64,000 nucleotides of DNA from Candidatus Micrarchaeota archaeon (GCA_021828295.1 JAKASF010000001.1:2702-66701), one strand, 5' to 3'. Numbered from the stretch's first letter, positions 1 through 8,738 are shown. Notes: generated by a model not told the origin, from the letters alone. Program-made: numbers and translations.

Positions 1-495
1 CTTGCTCAGCTTGCTGTACAGCTCTGTCACTATGTCTATCCCGTAGCCCCGCACGTACGCGAAGGTCGCCTTCTCGTCGTCCACGGCCACCACCCCGAGC
101 CTCGGCTTCCGCGAATCCGCCACCGCCTTCTTTATCATGCCAAGCACGTAGGCCTTCCATTCCTCTTTCCATATGGTTATGGCGTCGCCCTCGCCCACCG
201 TCGTTGTGTGGTAGCCGCCGAGCTTGACGTACTCCATCGGACTGCCGCTGATTATCTTGCCCATCAGCCTGAGCTTCTGCGCGTTCTTGTCTATCTCGAC
301 CTTCTCCACGAGCAGCTCTATCACGACCTCCTTCTGCTCCCCTACGTCGCCCTCGTTCGGCCTGAAGCGCCTGTAGGTGGTGGCCGTGACCCTGTCCCCG
401 CTGCCTATGACCCGCGCGAGCAGGTAGAGGTCGTCGAACGAACCTGGTACGAGCTTCAGCTGGCCCGTAGACTCGCTGTATCTTATGACCTTCAT
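1..495 (-). CDS. pelA: Pelota/aDom34 ribosome-rescue factor, N-terminal 165 codons (3' end outside window)
   Basis: Absent from the ORF track because there is no stop in the window. A minus-strand ATG at 495..493 opens a frame that runs to position 1: MKVIRYSESTGQLKLVPGSFDDLYLLARVIGSGDRVTATTYRRFRPNEGDVGEQKEVVIELLVEKVEID...LGVVAVDDEKATFAYVRGYGI. This is the typical Pelota N-terminal domain and the start of the central domain. Confidence 0.8.
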   Translation of the reverse strand, partial: MKVIRYSESTGQLKLVPGSFDDLYLLARVIGSGDRVTATTYRRFRPNEGDVGEQKEVVIELLVEKVEIDKNAQKLRLMGKIISGSPMEYVKLGGYHTTTVGEGDAITIWKEEWKAYVLGMIKKAVADSRKPRLGVVAVDDEKATFAYVRGYGIDIVTELYSKLSK

Positions 496-545
496 GCGAG
501 CTCACCGCTCAGACAATTGATAAAAGTTTCAGTATTAATACAACT

Positions 546-1169
546 ATGTTTCCCCTGCTCCTGTTCAGCATCCTGAACCTGACGTACGGCGCGATAACCG
601 CTCTGATCTCGCAGTACGGCTACTACGCGATATTCGCGCTCATGCTTCTGGAGGCTGCAGCATTCCCGGTCCCGAGCGAGGTGGTGCTGCCCGCGGTGGG
701 CTTCCTTGCAGCAAACGGCACAATCGATCCCGCGATCAGCTTCGCAGCCGTCATATTCGGCGGAATAATCGGAATGGCGGTCGACTACTACATCGCCTAC
801 TTCCTAGGCAAGGACGTGGTCTACAGGCACCTCGCCTTCTTCCGCATAAGGGAGGAGCAGCTCAACGCGTTTGACGAGTGGTTCGCGGCCAACGGCGCCT
901 TCGCAGTGTTCATAACCAGGCTTATCCCGCTGGTGCGCGCGCTCATCAACTTCCCCGCCGGCTTCGCGCAGATGCCGATAAGGAAGTTCCTGATATACTC
1001 GATAGCCGGGACGCTGATATGGGACGCTTTGCTGATAGGTTTCGGCTACTACGCGCTCTCGCTCAGCAACTTCTACTACGTCATGGCTGCGATAATAGCG
1101 TTCGCGCTCGTTCTCTATCTCGTGTACTACTTCGCCATGAAAAGGATAGGTGGAAGGAAGAAGCGGTAG
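546..1169 (+). CDS. DedA/SNARE-associated family membrane protein
   Basis: 207 aa, multi-TM, with the family-typical segments LLEAAAFPVPSEVVLP and FITRLIPLVRALINFPAGFAQM. Confidence 0.8.
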   Translation: MFPLLLFSILNLTYGAITALISQYGYYAIFALMLLEAAAFPVPSEVVLPAVGFLAANGTIDPAISFAAVIFGGIIGMAVDYYIAYFLGKDVVYRHLAFFRIREEQLNAFDEWFAANGAFAVFITRLIPLVRALINFPAGFAQMPIRKFLIYSIAGTLIWDALLIGFGYYALSLSNFYYVMAAIIAFALVLYLVYYFAMKRIGGRKKR

Positions 1170-1496
1170 TCAGCCCTTCTTCTCCGAGAGTATGTAGTTC
1201 TTGACTACCTTTATTACCTGGTCGATGGCCTTCTTTATGTCGGCCTCGGTCTTCGCCCCGGTGCAGATTATCTTGCCGTTCTTGAAGAGAAGCAGCGCCA
1301 CCTTCGGCTCCTTTATCTTGTAGATCGCTCCTGGGAACTGCTCCGGCTCATAGTCAACATCGGGCGACGCCTTGGCTATGGCATAAAGGTCAAGCTCCAC
1401 TCCCAGATCCGCGCTAGCCACTATGTTCTCTATCTTGAACTGCGGCTTGAGCGCTACTCGCTTTGCCACTATATCACGTGCTTTATAAGCAGGCAA
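1170..1496 (-). CDS. Single-repeat TATA-binding-protein (TBP) domain protein, 108 aa
   Basis: FKIENIVASADLGVELDLYAIAKASPDVDYEPEQFPGAIYKIKEPKVALLLFKNGKIICTGAKTEADIKKAIDQVIKVV is one complete TBP repeat (IxN[IV]VAS ... YEPExFPG ... GK[IV]xxTGAK). Only one repeat fits between the stop at 1170 and the divergent L21e gene. Confidence 0.8.
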   Translation of the reverse strand: MPAYKARDIVAKRVALKPQFKIENIVASADLGVELDLYAIAKASPDVDYEPEQFPGAIYKIKEPKVALLLFKNGKIICTGAKTEADIKKAIDQVIKVVKNYILSEKKG

Positions 1497-1500
1497 GGTA

Positions 1501-1525
1501 TTTATATACCCACTTGCAATAATAT
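1501..1525. promoter_or_regulatory. Divergent promoter spacer with two TATA-like elements
   Basis: TTTATATA (1501-1508) and AATAATAT (1518-1525) lie in the 57-nt spacer between the minus-strand ATG at 1496 and the plus-strand ATG at 1554. The spacing suits archaeal TATA boxes for both genes. Confidence 0.4.
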
Positions 1526-1553
1526 CCTGTTTGTCGAATATCCAGTGATCAGC

Positions 1554-1841
1554 ATGAGCGAACGTTCACACGGCCTCTTCTCCGGAAGGGCAAGGCACCT
1601 TGCGAGGCACCACAAGCCGAGCAAGCTCGCGGTGAGCAGCCTGCTAAAGAACTTCAGCATAGGCGACAAGGTCGCTATAGTGCCGAAGGGCATCTTCCAG
1701 GACATACCGCACCCTAGATACAGGGGAAGGGTAGGCACGATAACTGAGAAGAGGGGCGGGGCCTATGTCGTCGAGCTGATGGTCTCGAACAAGACCAAGC
1801 GAACCCTCGTAGTGAACCAAAGGCACCTTGAAAAGATGTAA
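1554..1841 (+). CDS. rpl21e: 50S ribosomal protein L21e
   Basis: MSERSHGLFSGRARHLARHHKPS...IGDKVAIVPKGIFQDIPHPRYRGRVGTITEKRGGAYVVEL is the classic L21e pattern. The track start at 1545 is a GTG; I prefer the ATG at 1554. Confidence 0.9.
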   Translation: MSERSHGLFSGRARHLARHHKPSKLAVSSLLKNFSIGDKVAIVPKGIFQDIPHPRYRGRVGTITEKRGGAYVVELMVSNKTKRTLVVNQRHLEKM

Positions 1842-1843
1842 GG

Positions 1844-2062
1844 TCACCGCCTCCTGACCGAGTAGACGGGGAATCCACCATCGTGCTGCTCGCTGATAAG
1901 TTTTCCTTTCCTTGCCAGCGCTTCTATCCCGCTCTTGACTATGCTGCCGCTTACTCCCGAGCATTCGGAGATTGTGGCGTTTATCGTCGGCTCTGTGGCC
2001 CTCTTCCTCTCCTTGACGAAAGCCAGTATCTTGTCGTCGAGTTCCCCGGAGCCCAGCCTCAT
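1844..2062 (-). CDS. Small winged-helix-like protein (72 aa), function unknown
   Basis: Co-directional with and 23 nt downstream of the DUF655 gene. DDKILAFVKERKRATEPTINATISECSGVSGSIVKSGIEALARKGKL resembles a wHTH. Confidence 0.5.
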   Translation of the reverse strand: MRLGSGELDDKILAFVKERKRATEPTINATISECSGVSGSIVKSGIEALARKGKLISEQHDGGFPVYSVRRR

Positions 2063-2085
2063 CGGCCCGCGTACGTCTACCGTCG

Positions 2086-2667
2086 CTATCTTATCTCCCT
2101 GCTGTACGGCCTTGTGAGCATGTAGAACCTGCTGTCCCCCTTAAGCTCCTCTATCACGCGCTCGGTGAGCAGCTTTATCGGGTCCTGAAGGAGGGAGACG
2201 CGCTCGCTTATGTCCTTGAAGCTCGCGAACTCTTTCTCTTCCCTTGCCTTGATTATGGCGTTGAGGTGCTTCTTGCCAACGCCGGGCAGCAGCTCGAGCG
2301 AGTGCATTCGTATGTTCAGCGGCGAGGCAGTGTTGAATATGCCCACGAACTTGGCCTCGTTCTGCTTTATTATCTCGGTTACCGCGCCGGGCAGCTCGTT
2401 CTTCGCCACCTGGGTAAGGTCCGCGTACATTATCCTGGACTTGATCAGCGCTATCTTGTCGCGCTCGCCCTTGCCTATGTAGACCTTCTCCCTCACCCTT
2501 ATCTCGGAGACCTTCGGCACAGCCTCCAGGAGCGTGAACTTGGTCTCGCCGAGCAGCTGCACCAGAGGCTCGGGCTTAGGAGAGAACGATTTGCCGCTCG
2601 CTAGGTAGTCCAGTACCAGTGCGTACTCCTCCAGACCCTCGTGTTCGCGTGCTTCCTGCTGCTCCAT
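2086..2667 (-). CDS. DUF655-type RNA-binding protein (OB fold + helix-hairpin-helix)
   Basis: EEYALVLDYLASGK...LVQLLGETKFTLLEAVPK...HSLELLPGVGKKHLNAIIKAREEKEFASFKDISERV. The gene also sits in the conserved archaeal neighbourhood with rpoF and L21e. Confidence 0.75.
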   Translation of the reverse strand: MEQQEAREHEGLEEYALVLDYLASGKSFSPKPEPLVQLLGETKFTLLEAVPKVSEIRVREKVYIGKGERDKIALIKSRIMYADLTQVAKNELPGAVTEIIKQNEAKFVGIFNTASPLNIRMHSLELLPGVGKKHLNAIIKAREEKEFASFKDISERVSLLQDPIKLLTERVIEELKGDSRFYMLTRPYSREIR

Positions 2668-2706
2668 TTATACCCACTCGTGCTTCCTGCACAGGCATGC
2701 TCTGCC

Positions 2707-3045
2707 CTACTTCCCCCTGTGGCCCTTCACCACTTCCATCATCTTGCCGACCTCGTCCTCCTCGAAGGTCTTCTTCTCCTTCGCGAGTATGTGCTTCAGC
2801 TGCGTTACCTCGATCGGCATTATGTCCGCTATCTTTATAGCCGTGGACTCGCTTACCCCGTACTCCATAAGCTCCTTTACCATCTTCTTGGCGTCATCGG
2901 GGCTGGCCGTTACGAACTTCTTCATGTGCTCGTAGGCGAGCTTCTGCTCGTAGCCCAGCTCGCCGTCCTCCTTCCTGTCTTCCAGTATGGCAAGCGCTTC
3001 CGCTGACGTGACAGGCTTCCTATCGCTCTGGCTCTTCCCAATCAT
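2707..3045 (-). CDS. rpoF: DNA-directed RNA polymerase subunit F (Rpo4)
   Basis: 112 aa. SAEALAILEDRKEDGELGYEQKLAYEHMKKFVTASPDDAKKMVKELMEYGVSESTAIKIADIMPIEVTQLKHIL matches the RpoF/Rpb4-like pattern. Confidence 0.8.
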   Translation of the reverse strand: MIGKSQSDRKPVTSAEALAILEDRKEDGELGYEQKLAYEHMKKFVTASPDDAKKMVKELMEYGVSESTAIKIADIMPIEVTQLKHILAKEKKTFEEDEVGKMMEVVKGHRGK

Positions 3046-3074
3046 GCCTCCACGCCATTTTCTCTCGTTTAAGC

Positions 3075-3082
3075 TATTTAAA
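3075..3082. promoter_or_regulatory. Shared (bidirectional) TATA box TATTTAAA
   Basis: Centred about 26 nt upstream of the MoxR ATG (3105) and about 33 nt upstream of the rpoF ATG (3045, minus strand). The element is near-palindromic. Confidence 0.45.
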
Positions 3083-3104
3083 GCCTACGTATCGATATAA
3101 TAGC

Positions 3105-4022
3105 ATGCCGGCCGTGAACGCAAGCGACGTCTACAAGCAGATCCTCGAAGAGATGAAGAAGCACATAGCCGGCAAGATAGAGACCATAGAGCTCATGGTG
3201 ATCTCGATGGTTGCGAACGGCCACGCGCTCCTCGAGGGCGTGCCGGGAGTGGCGAAGACAACGATGACAAAGGCGCTCGCGAGCACGATACAGGCAGACT
3301 TCAAGAGGCTGCAGGGCACGCCTGACCTCGAGCCCAGGGACATAGTGGGCTACACCTACCTCGACACAGACAACTCGGTCAAGCTGGTCAAGGGCCCGGT
3401 ATTCACCAACATACTCCTTGTCGACGAGCTCAACAGGGCGCCTCCCAAGACGATGAGCGCACTTCTGGAGACACTTGAGGAGCGCCAGGTCACCCTTGGA
3501 GGGCAGACGCTTCCACTGATGAAGCCTTTCGTTGCATTCGCGACCCAGAACCCGCTCACGATAGAGGGAACGGAGCCGCTGCCGAAGGTGCTGGCGGACA
3601 GGTTCATAATGAAGATAAGCGTCGACTACCCGAGCATGCAGGAGGAGCAGGAGATGCTGCGCATAAAGGAGCGAGAGGAGAAGATAGAGGTAAAGAAGGT
3701 GATAGGCACCGCGGACGTGCTCGCGCTGCAGGAGCAGGCGAAGAAGGCGGTCCTGCCGGATGACGTGGCCCAGTACATAACCAAGATAGTCGATGCCACA
3801 AGGAAGGACATACATGTTGTCATGGGCGGCAGCCCGAGAGCCGACATAGCGTTCATGCAGTGCGGCAAGGCGAAGGCGCTGCTCGAGGGCAGGAGTCAGG
3901 TCACAAAGGACGACATAAAGTTTCTGGCCAGGCCGGTGCTCAGCCACCGCATAGCGGTGCGCGCGACCGGAGGCATAGGCGTGCACGGCATAATCGACGG
4001 CATACTCGCAACCATTGGGTAG
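3105..4022 (+). CDS. MoxR-family AAA+ ATPase
   Basis: Walker A LLEGVPGVAKTT. LLVDELNRAPPKTMSALLETLEERQVTLGG is the typical MoxR Walker B/sensor segment. 305 aa. Confidence 0.9.
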   Translation: MPAVNASDVYKQILEEMKKHIAGKIETIELMVISMVANGHALLEGVPGVAKTTMTKALASTIQADFKRLQGTPDLEPRDIVGYTYLDTDNSVKLVKGPVFTNILLVDELNRAPPKTMSALLETLEERQVTLGGQTLPLMKPFVAFATQNPLTIEGTEPLPKVLADRFIMKISVDYPSMQEEQEMLRIKEREEKIEVKKVIGTADVLALQEQAKKAVLPDDVAQYITKIVDATRKDIHVVMGGSPRADIAFMQCGKAKALLEGRSQVTKDDIKFLARPVLSHRIAVRATGGIGVHGIIDGILATIG

Positions 4023-4026
4023 TCTG

Positions 4027-5553
4027 ATGCATGCCAGCAGAAAGGAGAAAGTAGACAAACTGCTCGTTCTCCTCCTGCTAATCTCTCTTGTATACATCGC
4101 ATACTCGGTGGGCTACGCCGACTACAAGTACTACAGCTTCTCCGACGGCTGGTGGGACATGGGCATACAGCTGTCATCGTTCTACTACCACGTGGCGTGG
4201 CCGCAGACGATGCAGGGCCTTCAGTACCTCTCTTTCTCAAACCACATGGACCCGTTCGAGCTCCTGCTTCTGCCCGCATTCGCGCTCTACCCCAATCCCG
4301 CCACCCTCTTCCTGCTCCAGGATTTGGCTCTCGTCTGCGCCGCGATAGTCATCTACTACATCGGCAGGAACGCGCTCAAGAGCGCGTACGTTGGCATCGC
4401 GCTTGCGGTCGCTTTCCTGATTAATCCGGCGACGACCTCCCTGGTCTTCTTCGACTTCCACGCGGAGGCGTTCCTGCCCCTGTTCTACCTGCTCGCCTTC
4501 TACTTCTACCTGCGTTCCAGACCTGTTCTCTTCCTGTCCTGCTATCTGCTTCTTCTCTCAGTTATAGAGACATCGGTGCCGATAGGGATAACGCTGCTCG
4601 CCGGCCTTCTGATCTACGAGTACTCGCGCAGGTCAAGCGAGCCCATGCTGAAACGGCAGAACGTCAGGCTTATCGCCGCGTGCGCGCTTCTCACGCTTCT
4701 CTTCTTCGCCTTCTACTCGTTTTCTGTGAGCTACCTGACAGCGTCTTACGCTACTGGCGCCTACTCGTCGATGCCCCCGTACCAGCGAGTCATAAACTTC
4801 ATGCAGCTCCAGTACCAGGCGCTCGCCTCTCCCCCTGTGGTTCCTGGAGGAGCGTCGCTCTATCTCATCATTGTGACCGTCACGATAGGCGCAGCAGCCC
4901 TGCTGCTCGGGTTCGGAGGGTACTCGCTCAGGGCCCCCCTCGTAGCGCTGGTCCTGCTCTCTCCGTGGCTTTTCGAGATATTCATACTCCACAACGTCGG
5001 ATTCTCGCTCCTGGGCAGCGAGTACTACTCGTATGTGATCGGGGGCGCGGTAGTGGCATCGGCCATAGGAATCGAGAGGTCGGGAATCAAGAACAGGCTG
5101 GCCGCTATCGACAAGGCATTCTACATAATGTTCTCTGCGTTCCTGATAGCTGTGATAGCGCTCACGGCCACCCCTGTATTTGCCAATGCAGCGAACGTGC
5201 AGAATTGGCTTGCGCCGCAGAACCCCACGGGCGCGGAGCTGGCCGCAGCGACAGCCTCTCTGGATCCAAACTCCACAATACTTGCCCAGGAGTATCTTGC
5301 CGTCCATCTGTACAAGTTCAGGAACCTGGAGCTACAGCCCAACTTCGCTATAACGGTGTTCACCTCGCGCGGCTTTTCTGTGATAAACGACACTTTCTAC
5401 TGGTTCAAGCCGCAGTACGTGCTTGTAGACAATGCAACCCCCGGATACGCGGAGCTTGATGGGAGCAGCGGGTTCGACATATACTCGTACATGGGAGGCA
5501 ACTATACCCTGTACGGCACCTACGGCAACGTGACCGTGTACACTGAGCGGTAG
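4027..5553 (+). CDS. Polytopic membrane protein, DUF2079-like (GT-C-like fold suspected) with C-terminal extracytoplasmic domain
   Basis: The ATG lies 5 nt after the MoxR stop; the track's TTG at 4015 overlaps MoxR. The N-terminal WWDMGIQLSSFYY ... NHMDPFELLLLPAFALYPNPATLFLLQDLAL resembles the DUF2079 signature as I recall it. There are more than 10 TM spans. Confidence 0.55.
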   Translation: MHASRKEKVDKLLVLLLLISLVYIAYSVGYADYKYYSFSDGWWDMGIQLSSFYYHVAWPQTMQGLQYLSFSNHMDPFELLLLPAFALYPNPATLFLLQDLALVCAAIVIYYIGRNALKSAYVGIALAVAFLINPATTSLVFFDFHAEAFLPLFYLLAFYFYLRSRPVLFLSCYLLLLSVIETSVPIGITLLAGLLIYEYSRRSSEPMLKRQNVRLIAACALLTLLFFAFYSFSVSYLTASYATGAYSSMPPYQRVINFMQLQYQALASPPVVPGGASLYLIIVTVTIGAAALLLGFGGYSLRAPLVALVLLSPWLFEIFILHNVGFSLLGSEYYSYVIGGAVVASAIGIERSGIKNRLAAIDKAFYIMFSAFLIAVIALTATPVFANAANVQNWLAPQNPTGAELAAATASLDPNSTILAQEYLAVHLYKFRNLELQPNFAITVFTSRGFSVINDTFYWFKPQYVLVDNATPGYAELDGSSGFDIYSYMGGNYTLYGTYGNVTVYTER

Positions 5554-5595
5554 AGCCGCCCACGCCTTTTCGAGAAGCCGAATTTCAAAGATAGT

Positions 5596-5606
5596 TATTT
5601 AAATAG
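5596..5606 (+). promoter_or_regulatory. TATA box TTATTTAAATA
   Basis: About 40 nt upstream of the ATG at 5643. The predicted transcription start falls downstream of the track's TTG at 5619, which favours the 5643 start. Confidence 0.45.
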
Positions 5607-5642
5607 TGCATAACCATATTGCTTGAGATAAAAGGCGAAGGC

Positions 5643-6011
5643 ATGGCGATAAACAAGTTGCAGGTCCTGCTTTATACCATTACTTTGGCTAGCATAGTGT
5701 CGGTTGTGCTAGGAGACAGCCTCCTGAGCTCGCTCTCTGCGACGCTCTGCGGCTTCGTCACAACCATAAGGACCATAATAGGCGTTCTCGCGCTTGCTCT
5801 CTTCCTTATAGGTGGAGTTCTATATGCAATAGCCCACTTCCTCCCAACATCTCTCGATTATAGGAAGAACCTGATGGGCTGGTCCACCGCAATGATAGTC
5901 GGAGGCATAATCGGCCTCGTAGTGGTCATAATAGCGCAGCCGCTGGTTACGCTCTTCATCCAAACGGGCAGCGCCGCCGGAGGGAGCGTCTCGAGCATCT
6001 TCTGCCCTTAA
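5643..6011 (+). CDS. Small two-helix membrane protein, VirB2/TrbC/CedA1-like pilin candidate (locus A)
   Basis: 122 aa. The order is a signal-like N-terminus (MAINKLQVLLYTITLASIVSVVLG), a hydrophobic helix (IIGVLALALFLIGGVLYAIAHF), a short basic loop (LPTSLDYRKNLMGW), then a second helix (STAMIVGGIIGLVVVIIAQPLV). It is a paralogue of 62893..63270: LFLIGGVLYAIAHFLPTS aligns with LFIVAGIFYAIGQLFPAT. Confidence 0.6.
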   Translation: MAINKLQVLLYTITLASIVSVVLGDSLLSSLSATLCGFVTTIRTIIGVLALALFLIGGVLYAIAHFLPTSLDYRKNLMGWSTAMIVGGIIGLVVVIIAQPLVTLFIQTGSAAGGSVSSIFCP

Positions 6012-6036
6012 ATAGCTTGCCAGCCAATCCAGCAGC

Positions 6037-7938
6037 ATGCGATTAGAGCGGGGCAGGCTTACCTATCTTGAGCTCTTTGTCCTGCTCGTGCTGTTCATAC
6101 TCAACGCCGGTATAGCGCTCCTCTACTTCTACATCTCTCCCGGCGCAGCCTTCTTCAGCGCGGCGTTCGTGCTCTCCGCCATAGCGTTCATCATCGCCTA
6201 CGTGCTCGGGCGCCACTCCGCGTCCCGCAGAGACGGTTCCATAGACCTGCTTCACGCCCTCTTCTCGCTCTCTCTTTTCTCGTACCTGATGTCCTTCCTT
6301 ACTGCTGGAGATGCGGCACTAGGTCTCGCTGTCAAGTTCATCATCTCGCTGCAGTCCATGGGCCTCTGGCTGGTGCTCCTCATCCCCATATTCTTCCTCT
6401 CCTTCACAAGCGTCTACTTCCTGAGGAAGGAGCGCAGGAGCAACCCCGCTGCAAAGCTCGCGCTGCTTGCAGTGGTCTTGCTGATTCTTATCCTGTACTA
6501 CTTCGTTGCGCTCAAGGGCATCTTCACCGCCGATGACGAGGAGCTGCTCAAGCTGACCAGCGTCTCGATGCTGCTCAACGGCACCAACCCCTACGCCTCG
6601 TCGATCTCCCTGCTCCTATACCAGCATACGTCTACGATAGGCGCCACGCTCACCACCGCAAACACCTTCCTCGGCACCATGGACTATCCGGCCCTCTTCT
6701 TCCTCTCCTTCGTGCCATTCTACTTCGCGGCGCAGCCTGTCATAGGAAGCCTCAACACCGTATACGGACCCCTGCAGTTCAGCACCTTCCTCTTCATACT
6801 CATCGTTGCGTTCACGCTCCTGCTCAGGCAGAGGCAGCTTATGCGGCCGCAGCTCACGCTCATGCTCGTCTTCGTTCTCGCCGCCACGGAGCTGTCTTCC
6901 ATAACCACCTACCTCATGCTTGCGCTTCTGCTCATCGCCTACGCGAAGATAGAGTCGAGATATGCGTGGCTTCCCCTCGGACTCTGCCTCTCGCTGCAGC
7001 AGGAGCTCTGGCTGCCAGTCTTCCTGCTCTTCGCCTACTCTTTCAACAACCAGGGATTCGGGAGAGGCATGCGCAACGCGATCGGCGCAGCCGTGGTCTT
7101 CCTGGTATTCAACGCCTACTTCATAGCCATAAATCCCGAAGCCTACTTCGGCTCCATCTTCGGCACGCTCAACCAGCTCATCATGCCCTTCAACCCCTCG
7201 CCCATCGCCTTCCTCATGCTCAAGTCTTACCAGCTGCCGCTCACCTCCTATCCAGTGGTCTTCGAGGCGCTTGCGCTCCTGCTCGGGCTCGCGTTCCTCT
7301 ACCTCAACAGGAAGCCGCTGATTCCCCTCTTCGGCCTGCTGCCATTCCTTGTGCTCGACCACATACTCGTCTCCTACTACGCCTTCTTCCTCTTCTTCCT
7401 GCTCTTCGCGCTCTTCACCTACGACCGCGAGAATCGCGCGGGATGGATAGAGAAGCGGCTGCGCGAGCACAGGCGCGGGTTCTTCGCCCTGCTCGCCATC
7501 ATCGCGCTCTCCACCCTGATCTTCGTCTATGCATCGCACTCGGCATACGAGCGGAACTTCAGCATTGGCGTGGTCAACCAGACGCTGTCGGTCAACAGGA
7601 CGAGCAACACCACAGTGCTCGACGCGCAGCTCGTCTACAGCAACATGAGCAACAGCACTCTCTACGTCTTCGCTTTCAAGTACTACGGAGTATCGGCAGG
7701 CTTCTCAGGCCTGCTGAACCAGAGCCTGATAAGCGAACCGCAGGCCTGCCCCGGCGGCAACTACACCTGCCTGGTGAACGTGAACAGGATAGAGCTCGCC
7801 AGCTCCTCGGGCACCTATCCGCTGCGGCTCACCATACACTGGTCCAACGCCAGCGATGAGGTGAAGGACGTCGCCGTTGCACTGTACAACAGGCAGTACT
7901 TCTACGTTGCGGACAGCGTCGGGGCTTCCGGAGCCTGA
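6037..7938 (+). CDS. Large polytopic membrane protein, GT-C-type glycosyltransferase-like, with sequon-rich C-terminal ectodomain
   Basis: 633 aa with more than 12 TM spans. The loop motif DDEELLKLTSVSMLLNGTNPY resembles the acidic-loop/'G-x-NPY' feature of DUF2029/PMT-like GT-C enzymes. The C-terminus carries many N-x-S/T sequons. Confidence 0.45.
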   Translation: MRLERGRLTYLELFVLLVLFILNAGIALLYFYISPGAAFFSAAFVLSAIAFIIAYVLGRHSASRRDGSIDLLHALFSLSLFSYLMSFLTAGDAALGLAVKFIISLQSMGLWLVLLIPIFFLSFTSVYFLRKERRSNPAAKLALLAVVLLILILYYFVALKGIFTADDEELLKLTSVSMLLNGTNPYASSISLLLYQHTSTIGATLTTANTFLGTMDYPALFFLSFVPFYFAAQPVIGSLNTVYGPLQFSTFLFILIVAFTLLLRQRQLMRPQLTLMLVFVLAATELSSITTYLMLALLLIAYAKIESRYAWLPLGLCLSLQQELWLPVFLLFAYSFNNQGFGRGMRNAIGAAVVFLVFNAYFIAINPEAYFGSIFGTLNQLIMPFNPSPIAFLMLKSYQLPLTSYPVVFEALALLLGLAFLYLNRKPLIPLFGLLPFLVLDHILVSYYAFFLFFLLFALFTYDRENRAGWIEKRLREHRRGFFALLAIIALSTLIFVYASHSAYERNFSIGVVNQTLSVNRTSNTTVLDAQLVYSNMSNSTLYVFAFKYYGVSAGFSGLLNQSLISEPQACPGGNYTCLVNVNRIELASSSGTYPLRLTIHWSNASDEVKDVAVALYNRQYFYVADSVGASGA

Positions 7939-7982
7939 CGTGCTACTATTTTTAATGTTAATGCGTATGTGCTACTGGTTGA

Positions 7983-8714
7983 ATGGCCAGCCTGATCGAG
8001 GACGCGTGGGAGACGTACGCGAAGAACATAAGGCTAGTGCTCCTCTTCTCCATACCGTTCATAATCGCATTCCTCATTCCCGCTCTGGTTCCCGTGCCCA
8101 CGTACATCTCGAGCGGCGCCATCTTCCTGAGGACCGCTAGCATCTTCCTCAACCTCAACCCCGCGGCACTCGCGATAATAGTCATCTCCCTGTTCATCTC
8201 CCTGCTCTTCCTCAGCTTCGCCTTCGTGGCGATAAGCCTCATAGTAAAGGCCGAGAGAACTTTCACCAAGCACCCCGCAGCCGTGTTGCGCGGCGTGGAG
8301 CAGTATACGGGCAGGGTCTTCATAGTGCTTCTAGTGTATGCGCTCATCCTGCTTGGCGTCAATGTACTCGGCTACTTCCTCAACCTGCAGGGCCTGCTCA
8401 CTGCAATCGTGGGCTTCTTCCTCTTCATGGCCATCTTCTACGCGCCCACAGCTATTGTGATAGACAACAAGCGCATAGGCACGGCGCTCAACCAGAGCCT
8501 AGAGCTTGTGGCGAAGCAGCCCGGCTACTTCATCATGTGGGTCGTGGTGCTGGTCTTCGTTGTGGGCGTGGTCGACTTCGCTGTGATACACGCAACGGGC
8601 ACGCTGCTCTCCAGCTACATAATGCTCGTCCTGAACTCGCTCCTTATTCTTCCCTACTTCGTCATCTTCCAGGCCGAGGCCTACATGAAGAGGTTCTCGA
8701 TACTCAAGCATTGA
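7983..8714 (+). CDS. Polytopic membrane protein (243 aa), unknown function
   Basis: About 6 TM spans and no recognisable catalytic motif. It lies between the pilin-like gene and the paralogue array. Confidence 0.6.
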   Translation: MASLIEDAWETYAKNIRLVLLFSIPFIIAFLIPALVPVPTYISSGAIFLRTASIFLNLNPAALAIIVISLFISLLFLSFAFVAISLIVKAERTFTKHPAAVLRGVEQYTGRVFIVLLVYALILLGVNVLGYFLNLQGLLTAIVGFFLFMAIFYAPTAIVIDNKRIGTALNQSLELVAKQPGYFIMWVVVLVFVVGVVDFAVIHATGTLLSSYIMLVLNSLLILPYFVIFQAEAYMKRFSILKH

Positions 8715-8730
8715 CGCGAATCGGCTAGCC

Positions 8731-8738
8731 TATTTATA
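8731..8738 (+). promoter_or_regulatory. TATA box TATTTATA for the paralogue-array operon
   Basis: Centred about 33 nt upstream of the ATG at 8767. The track's ATG at 8740 abuts the box and so is an unlikely start. Confidence 0.45.

Noticed and set aside
208-576. 122-aa plus-strand ORF at the window start
   Set aside because: It lies antisense to a well-supported Pelota coding frame (1-495, minus strand). Its composition is Leu/Arg/His/Val-rich with no motif.
3078-4097. 339-aa minus-strand ORF
   Set aside because: It is fully antisense to the MoxR ATPase, which has clear Walker motifs. The Arg/His/Leu/Tyr-rich composition is typical of antisense translation of GC3-biased genes.
6616-7859. 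Long ORFs 6616-7539 (minus strand, 307 aa) and 6966-7859 (plus strand, 297 aa)
   Set aside because: Both overlap the 633-aa polytopic protein frame. Their E/R/G/H-rich or R/A/P-rich low-complexity translations contain no domains.
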